A stretch of 64,000 nt of DNA from Candidatus Margulisiibacteriota bacterium (GTDB lineage: Bacteria > Margulisbacteria > Marinamargulisbacteria > JBFWNS01). The notes below the pieces were generated by a model. It searched no databases. It worked only from the letters and a program-made list of their open reading frames with translations, and was not told the origin of the DNA. The translations under genes were made by a program, and so were the position numbers. Positions 57,836-64,000 of the stretch are shown here, in pieces. The first letter of the stretch is position 1, and each line of letters begins with the position of its first letter. The stretch spans positions 288,001 through 352,000 of the forward strand of contig JBFWNS010000001.1 in NCBI GenBank assembly GCA_050250935.1, given 5' to 3'.

Positions 57836-60244
57836 TTACTTCTCGACCAGGGCTTCTAGGGCTTCAAACAAGGGGGCTGGCAAGGGGGTTTCTTGAACCC
57901 AAAACCACCGATCCAAATCGACATCGGCACTTAAATAGGCCACCCTCTGGGTCAGCAAATGCCGCAACACGCCTTGCTGTTGGCACATAAACCAATGGGT
58001 GTAGGCCGTTCTACACATGCGTTTTTGGATGTACAAATCCCCCATCAAGACCTGACAAAGCAAATGGTGGGGGTTAATGGCCAACACGTGTTGCAAATGG
58101 GTTAAGGCTTCGTCCACCAGATTCTTTTTACAAGCAAACACCGCTTTCAAAAAATGGGTATGATCCATCTTGGCATCCAATCCCCCAGCTTCGGATAGCG
58201 CTTCATAGGCCTTGTCGGTTTTTCCCATTCCCAAATACATCAGGGCCCGATTGGCCTTGGCCACATAAAAATCGGGGTCCAATTGCAAAGCCAACTGAAA
58301 CTCGTCCAAGGCGGCCGCCCATTGGTGTTTCAGGGCCAGATCCACCCCTTGGTTGTTTTGAACATAGGCGAAGCTGAGTTTTTGGGTATCACCATCTTGA
58401 TTCTGGGTATGACCAAAAACGGCCAGCTGCATGGGTGAAGCTTCGTCTTCTTCCCAACTCCCGAAAGCCAACAACTTGCCCTTGGTTTCGGAGGCCGGCC
58501 TTTTTTTAAAATGATCGTAAATAGGCTGGACACCCAAAAACCGCATGTCGGTCTGCAAAATGGTGTCGAAGCTTTGCAAGGCATCGCTGATACAGCCCAA
58601 TTGTAATTGGGCAACGCCCATCCAATACCGGACCTGATTCTGCTGTTCTTTGCTCGTCATGGCTGACACGCTGCGATTGAACTGTAACAAAGCCAAATCG
58701 CTGCGCCCCGATTCCAAAAAACAACGCCCAATCAACACCTGAGACACCGCATAATCGGCAGCATCTGCCCCGATTTTTTGGAAGGCTTCGATGGCGGACT
58801 GCCATTTGCCCAAATCCATCCAAGCCAGCCCTTGGTTCAATAAGGTATTTTCGCCATCGATTTGGGCTGCCACAACGGCCTGTCGTTGCTTTTGGAAAAA
58901 CGTCTGAAGCGCATCGTGTAGTTTCCACTGCAAGGGATGGTGAACCAAGGCCTGAAGCAAACAGGCATAGCCCGAGGCCAAAGAGTCGGTTCGGCGGATC
59001 AGCTCGGCTTCGACGATCCAGGCATCGGTATTCAATTCGGTGTATTTTAAGCGCTCGCAAGTCGCCTTGGCTTTGTCCGAAAGACCAAAGGCCACATACA
59101 CCTTGGCCAACACCAAGATCAATCGGTCTGTCCATTCTGGGGACAACTGGGTCAAGGTTTGAATCAAGGCTTCGAGTCGCGCTTCTTGACCCGGAACGGG
59201 TGGTGTTTCTGATTCATTTTGAAGCAAGGCATCGGCCCAACGTTGCACCATTAAAATGGCTCTTGAAGGGCTTTGGATATAGATAAAACTGTTCATCAAC
59301 AACTCGGCTGCGGCCACTTGCCAAGGCACCTCTGCAATGACACTTTCCAACACCGGAATAAAGGTTTCGCATAAATCGGGCATGGCCTCGTAAACCCGGG
59401 TCAGACAATCCACCCCTTCTGCATATTGCCCGGCCTGAACCAAGAGCCGTCCCAATGCAGACAGCACCTCGATATTGTCCGGGTACAACCCCAAACTGTC
59501 TTTGCAAATTTTAATGTGGGTTTCCACTTCCCCAGGCTCGAGGGCCGCCAGAGCCACCAAATGCAGGGCCGATTTTTCGGGGCTGAACGACTTCATATGC
59601 AGGGACACCAGCAAGTGGTGAATAAAAATAGACTCGGGCATCAGGGAGCTTAACCGTTCACAACGGCGGGCGATGTTGCCTACCGTAGCTGGCGATAGCT
59701 GGGCAACCCCTTCGTACAAGCGCGCCGCATCCTCGTAGCGTCCGGCCCGGGTATACAGTTCGGCCAAGGTATAGTGATAGTGCAAAATGTCCGGCTGAAC
59801 CTCGATGAGGCGTTGATAAAACGCAATACTTTTGTCGATGGCCTGCTCTTCCAAATAAAGCTTGGGCAGTAAATCGATAATGGCAGAATCAAAAATATCT
59901 TGCTCGAAGGCTTGTTCAAAAATGCGTTTAATGTGCCGGTTGTTTCTGGCCTTGGCATAAATTTTGCCCAATAACGCATAGGTCTGGGTACAGGTTGGGT
60001 CCTGCTCCACAATGTCGGTTAACTCGTCCAAGGCTTCGTTATAGGCCTTGGCAGACACCAATACCTCGGCCACCAAGAGTCGAAGGTTTAGGGCCTCTTT
60101 TCGGGCCAAGCGTTTGTACAGGGGAATCAGAACATCGGCCAACCATGCGGGTTCTTCGGCCAACAACAACTTGAACTTTTCAAGGGCATCCACCAACAAC
60201 CCTTTTCGAACCAACAAAAACCCTTGCCGGTACAAATGGCTCAT
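57836..60244 (-). CDS. Large tetratricopeptide-repeat protein
   Basis: Many TPR-like helical pairs (LAELY..AG.YEDA, LGRLL..AG.YAE); no signal peptide seen. Confidence 0.8.
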   Translation of the reverse strand: MSHLYRQGFLLVRKGLLVDALEKFKLLLAEEPAWLADVLIPLYKRLARKEALNLRLLVAEVLVSAKAYNEALDELTDIVEQDPTCTQTYALLGKIYAKARNNRHIKRIFEQAFEQDIFDSAIIDLLPKLYLEEQAIDKSIAFYQRLIEVQPDILHYHYTLAELYTRAGRYEDAARLYEGVAQLSPATVGNIARRCERLSSLMPESIFIHHLLVSLHMKSFSPEKSALHLVALAALEPGEVETHIKICKDSLGLYPDNIEVLSALGRLLVQAGQYAEGVDCLTRVYEAMPDLCETFIPVLESVIAEVPWQVAAAELLMNSFIYIQSPSRAILMVQRWADALLQNESETPPVPGQEARLEALIQTLTQLSPEWTDRLILVLAKVYVAFGLSDKAKATCERLKYTELNTDAWIVEAELIRRTDSLASGYACLLQALVHHPLQWKLHDALQTFFQKQRQAVVAAQIDGENTLLNQGLAWMDLGKWQSAIEAFQKIGADAADYAVSQVLIGRCFLESGRSDLALLQFNRSVSAMTSKEQQNQVRYWMGVAQLQLGCISDALQSFDTILQTDMRFLGVQPIYDHFKKRPASETKGKLLAFGSWEEDEASPMQLAVFGHTQNQDGDTQKLSFAYVQNNQGVDLALKHQWAAALDEFQLALQLDPDFYVAKANRALMYLGMGKTDKAYEALSEAGGLDAKMDHTHFLKAVFACKKNLVDEALTHLQHVLAINPHHLLCQVLMGDLYIQKRMCRTAYTHWFMCQQQGVLRHLLTQRVAYLSADVDLDRWFWVQETPLPAPLFEALEALVEK

Positions 60245-61359
60245 TTACGCCATCCTTGATAGACCAGAACCCCAGACGCAGCCCCCAAATAGACAAGATT
60301 GGGCATCCAAACCGCCAACCAGGGCGAGAGAGCCCCTTCTTTTCCCCAAGCCCGAAACAAGGCCACCATAAAAAAATAAAATCCAACCGTTAAAACCGCC
60401 AAACAAATGGCAATCACAACCCCCCACAAATCTTTGGTCGATTTTACAAACACCATGCAAAACGCCACCCCCACCACCCCAAACACAAAACAGGCCAGGG
60501 GGATACTCCATTTCATTTGGTACTCGACTTGAAGGTCTTTGGGATTAATGCCGCCGTCTTTGAAGGTTTTAATTTTCGCCTTCAGTTCTTGGGTATTCAT
60601 TTGGGAGGGGACTTTGTCGGTATTTAAAAAGGCCCCCAGGGGTTGATCCACATGGATGGTCATGGTGTCGAAGGTGCTGGCATATTGCAAATCGCCGGTG
60701 TCTTCGATGTCGTAAATGCGACCCCCTTTGAGGGTCCAAGACAGGTTTTTCCAGGTGGCCGTTTTGGCCGTTAAAATTCGGGGGAAGGCTGTTCCGGGTT
60801 CAAACACCAAAATGTCTTGCATTATGGCCGTACCAGGCTGCACATATTTGACATAGAAATAGCGATTGTCGCCATCTTTGAAAACCACATTTTCAATGAT
60901 GCTTGGCGGCGGCTTTTTTTCAATTTGCTGGCGCATGATGGTGTCAAACCCCAAATTGGCCCAGGGCACCACCCGTTCGTTAATCCAAAACGACAACAGT
61001 GTTGTGCCAAACGTCACCACCAATAGGGGCAGAAACAGGCGCCAAAGCGGCACACCCGAACTGCGCAACACGGTAATTTCGTTGTCTTTGGCCATGCGTA
61101 CCAACAGGAGCATGACCGAAAACAAGACGGCCATCGGAAAAAAAATGACCGTAACCCCTGGCAGCTTGTAAAGCAACATCTGCACGATGGTGCCCACAGC
61201 CACGTGGGAAAGAACACTTAACTCTACCAAATAAAACAACACGTCCACCACACCAATAATAGCGAATCCGGCCACTCCCAAAACGAAGGGGCCCAAGAAT
61301 TCGCTGATGATGTATCGATCTAGAACAGATAAAACAGCGGCATTGATCCTATAGGTCAT
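60241..61359 (-). CDS. LptF/LptG family permease
   Basis: LDRYIISEFL.PF, PMAVL, DNEITVLRSSGV, periplasmic beta-jellyroll region, AVWMPN. Confidence 0.92.
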   Translation of the reverse strand: MTYRINAAVLSVLDRYIISEFLGPFVLGVAGFAIIGVVDVLFYLVELSVLSHVAVGTIVQMLLYKLPGVTVIFFPMAVLFSVMLLLVRMAKDNEITVLRSSGVPLWRLFLPLLVVTFGTTLLSFWINERVVPWANLGFDTIMRQQIEKKPPPSIIENVVFKDGDNRYFYVKYVQPGTAIMQDILVFEPGTAFPRILTAKTATWKNLSWTLKGGRIYDIEDTGDLQYASTFDTMTIHVDQPLGAFLNTDKVPSQMNTQELKAKIKTFKDGGINPKDLQVEYQMKWSIPLACFVFGVVGVAFCMVFVKSTKDLWGVVIAICLAVLTVGFYFFMVALFRAWGKEGALSPWLAVWMPNLVYLGAASGVLVYQGWRK

Positions 61360-61546
61360 CCGCTTGTTGCTGGATTCGGGTCCGGCGTTTGGCTGCTTTT
61401 GCCTTGCGCTTTTTCAAGTCGGAAGGTTTTTCATAAAACTCACGTTTGCGAAGCTCTTGCAAAATCCCCTCGTTTTTAATTTTACGCTTGAACTTTCGAA
61501 GTACCGAATCGATAGACTCTCCGGGTTTCTTTTCTTGAACTGCCAT
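61349..61546 (-). CDS. rpsU: 30S ribosomal protein bS21
   Basis: ESIDSVLRKFKRK..GILQELRKREFYEKPS; RBS AGGAGG. Confidence 0.95.
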   Translation of the reverse strand: MAVQEKKPGESIDSVLRKFKRKIKNEGILQELRKREFYEKPSDLKKRKAKAAKRRTRIQQQADDL

Positions 61547-61583
61547 AAACAACCTCCTAAAAAATCATAAGAAAACAGCGGCC

Positions 61584-61925
61584 CTATCCGGGCGGCCAGG
61601 TCAAAGAACGTCGTCCCAAAACATGAAAATGGACATGGTCTACAGTCTGCCCGCCATCAGGTCCGGTGTTGGTTACAACCCGAAACCCAGACTCGGCAAC
61701 ACCCGTTTGTCGGGCCACAGTTTGAATGGCCTGCATCAGGTCGCCGAACAGTGTAGCATCATTTTGACCAAAGTCTAACAGGGAGGCCCTGTGTTGTTTG
61801 GGAATCACAAGAACGTGGACGGGGGCTTGGGGGTTCACATCTTCGAAAGCAAGGATGGAGTCTGTTTCCAAAACGACCTTAGCAGGAATGGTTTTGGATG
61901 CAATTTGGCAAAAAATACAACTCAA
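61584..61925 (-). CDS. Histidine triad nucleotide-binding protein
   Basis: CIFC, DVNPQAPVHVLVIPK, GQTVDHVHFH, WPPG. Confidence 0.95.
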   Translation of the reverse strand: MSCIFCQIASKTIPAKVVLETDSILAFEDVNPQAPVHVLVIPKQHRASLLDFGQNDATLFGDLMQAIQTVARQTGVAESGFRVVTNTGPDGGQTVDHVHFHVLGRRSLTWPPG

Positions 61926-61980
61926 GTTTCACCTCCGGGTGCTAACCTCATTGCCAGATATCACAAGCAGATCGATGTGG

Positions 61981-62829
61981 CTACAAGCCGATAAACAATT
62001 GCTCCAAATGAAGCCGCAAATTGAGATTATACGTCATTTGCGAAATATTTTCGATGATTAAATCCATGTTCCGTGTTTGGGTGCGGTTCATCCCCTGAAG
62101 ATGCTTAAAGTCATAGAGCCATAACATCAAAAACAGGGTGGCTTTTTGCTTGTCGGTGGCCAGTTGTCCCGCCAATTCGAGGCGCTGATTCAACGACCAG
62201 GTCAAAAATTCGGCGTAAGGCACAGCAGGAAAATCGGGCTCTGTGTTGGTTTCCAACAAATAGGCAATCAGTTCGGTGGCGTTGGGATGGGATTCGTAAA
62301 ACCCCTGCAAAACAGGGACTGTTCCCAAAACGGGCAACCAATCTTCAGCATGGGCAGGATTCAGGACCACTTCTTGAACACGGGACCTGATGGTGGGCAA
62401 CAGAGAAAACCGCTGGTGGGTTAACAACATAAAACAAACCCCTTGAGGCGGTTCTTCCAGGGTTTTCAAAAAGGCATTGGCCGCTTCGGTGGTCATTTGG
62501 TCGGCATCGTGGATGATGCACAACAGGTGTTTGGCATAGGTGGGGCCAAAGCGAACCCGTTCTTGGATGTTTCGAACGGTTGCAATGGCAATTTTCCCCT
62601 CGGGTTGAACCCGAAAAAAATCGGGATTGGTCTCTTTGGCAATCGACAAACAGCCATGGCAAAGGCCACAAGGTTTTTCGGTTTCGTGTTGGCAGAACAC
62701 CCTTTGGGCCACGTGGGTCGCCGCATCTGCCAAAAAAGACCCCCAAGGCCCCGACAACACATAGGCATGGGAGAGCTCTCCGGCAAAAAGACCGTCCAAT
62801 AAGCTTTTATTGCGCTGGGACAGAACCAT
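61981..62829 (-). CDS. holB: DNA polymerase III delta-prime subunit
   Basis: HAYVLSGP, CGLCHGC, ANAFLKTLEEPP, LPTIRSR. Confidence 0.9.
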   Translation of the reverse strand: MVLSQRNKSLLDGLFAGELSHAYVLSGPWGSFLADAATHVAQRVFCQHETEKPCGLCHGCLSIAKETNPDFFRVQPEGKIAIATVRNIQERVRFGPTYAKHLLCIIHDADQMTTEAANAFLKTLEEPPQGVCFMLLTHQRFSLLPTIRSRVQEVVLNPAHAEDWLPVLGTVPVLQGFYESHPNATELIAYLLETNTEPDFPAVPYAEFLTWSLNQRLELAGQLATDKQKATLFLMLWLYDFKHLQGMNRTQTRNMDLIIENISQMTYNLNLRLHLEQLFIGL

Positions 62830-63371
62830 TAGTGAATAATAATACCCATCGTTCCCGCCACGGCAATGGCCAACCACATGTACCAGTGTTGGGATTCATT
62901 GTCTTTTTTGAGAGCGGCAACGGTTTCGGTTAGGCTGGCATTTTGAGAGGCCAGTTGCTGATTGGATTCTTTAAGTTGTGCATAGCCTGCCAACAACGCT
63001 TTTTGATCGCCATCCAAGACATTCACATTGTTTTTGAGGCGATTTTGACTGACTTCGGAATCGGCCAAATATTGTTTAAAGGTCTTGGCCAACCAGGTTA
63101 AATCTTCGATTTGAGCGGCGGTTAGCAAGGGATTTTGGGTTTCCAAAGTTGTATTCAATTTATCCAAAGCCAAGGCCAATTCTTTGCGGCTTACGGCTTG
63201 GTTGGACTGAAAACTATTGTCGCCATACAAAGACAAATACCCTTCGTCCACCGATCTTTTAACAGCCCCATAGGCTGCATCGGTTTTGGGAACATCGCGA
63301 ATCACCGTTTCGGCCTGAAGACCACTCCCACAACAGACCAGCACCACCAAACCCACTAAAATTCTTTTCAT
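62829..63371 (-). CDS. SLH-domain protein with coiled coil and C-terminal membrane anchor
   Basis: Signal peptide; DVPKTDAAYGAV..GYL..YGDNSFQSNQAVSRKELA (SLH); heptad region; hydrophobic C-terminus. Confidence 0.78.
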   Translation of the reverse strand: MKRILVGLVVLVCCGSGLQAETVIRDVPKTDAAYGAVKRSVDEGYLSLYGDNSFQSNQAVSRKELALALDKLNTTLETQNPLLTAAQIEDLTWLAKTFKQYLADSEVSQNRLKNNVNVLDGDQKALLAGYAQLKESNQQLASQNASLTETVAALKKDNESQHWYMWLAIAVAGTMGIIIH

Positions 63372-63375
63372 GTGA

Positions 63376-64000
63376 TTACTCCTTAACCTTATTTTCTGTT
63401 ACAGATTGCCGAAGTGGGTTGAGTTCCCATTCGGCGATAACACGGCTCTCTGCATCTTTAAGCACCACTGTGGTGGATTGTTGATCCATGGGTTTGAAGG
63501 CCCATTGAGCCACCCGGTATTTGCCCGGTTGAAGGGGACTTGAGCTCCATTGAATCGAATCGGTCTTGGCCCCGCGAATTTGTTGGACAGGCAGGGCATC
63601 ACCTGGCAAAAAGACGATGGATTCCAAGGACGCATTGCGCCATTCCAATCGAAAAGGGCCAACCCGTTGAGGTTTGTCCACTTTAACCGACCAAAACCCA
63701 ACCCAATAACCTTTTTCAAAAAACCACTCCAGTCTCTGGGCAGGCTGTTGGGCCACCACAGACAAGGGCGTAACCACCGGATCGGCCTTGGCACCAGGGG
63801 CTTTGGTTGTCACCACCAGGTTAGCCGATGAATTTTCTGCAACGGTTTTCAAGGTCCAATTGATGTTTATAAAATCTCCACGTTGCAAGACGGGAATCAC
63901 CTTGGTTTTGGGCTCGAAAAACGGCAACTCAAGTCCAGAAGGCGGCTCCAGCGTGATACTGACTGGGCTGACTGTAAAATTAGAGGGATTCAACACCGAA
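63376..64000 (-). CDS. Hypothetical protein (5' end outside the window)
   Basis: Frame open to the window edge; co-oriented and 4 bp from the SLH gene. Confidence 0.6.
   Translation of the reverse strand, partial: SVLNPSNFTVSPVSITLEPPSGLELPFFEPKTKVIPVLQRGDFININWTLKTVAENSSANLVVTTKAPGAKADPVVTPLSVVAQQPAQRLEWFFEKGYWVGFWSVKVDKPQRVGPFRLEWRNASLESIVFLPGDALPVQQIRGAKTDSIQWSSSPLQPGKYRVAQWAFKPMDQQSTTVVLKDAESRVIAEWELNPLRQSVTENKVKE

Overview
A 64-kb, gene-dense chromosomal window from a diderm bacterium. It carries heptose/LPS, MsbA, Lpt, TamB/Omp85 and lipoprotein-maturation genes together with an SLH protein; this combination suggests a diderm Terrabacteria lineage such as Margulisbacteria or relatives, which is inference only. 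Contents in order: a malic enzyme / circularly permuted ATP-grasp / alpha-E / transglutaminase operon; an AddA-like helicase; msbA and GT9; a hairpin-dense intergenic region; tRNA-Leu(CAA); nusA-infB-rbfA-DHH-truB-ribF; a MoaD-like/MoeZ pair; cobA-hemD, glycosyltransferases and psd; a 14-gene flagellar basal-body-like cluster (25.6-37.0 kb); trxB-purA; TamB-Omp85; tRNA-Arg(ACG); rfaE1/rfaE2, lnt, lptD, TPR, lptF, rpsU, HIT and holB. The most striking feature is the flagellar-like cluster. FlgB, FlgC, two FlgF-like paralogs and a FlgJ-like protein all start with apparent Sec signal peptides, although rod proteins are normally exported by the flagellar T3SS. FliF appears to lack its beta-collar, and FliG lacks its C-terminal torque domain. 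This suggests a remodelled, probably non-rotating envelope machine partly assembled through Sec. Also notable: a covarying 64-bp structured tandem repeat next to tRNA-Leu, and an IF2_N-like domain fused to NusA. No CRISPR array, rRNA or transposase was seen. All family calls are from motif recognition by eye, not database searches.
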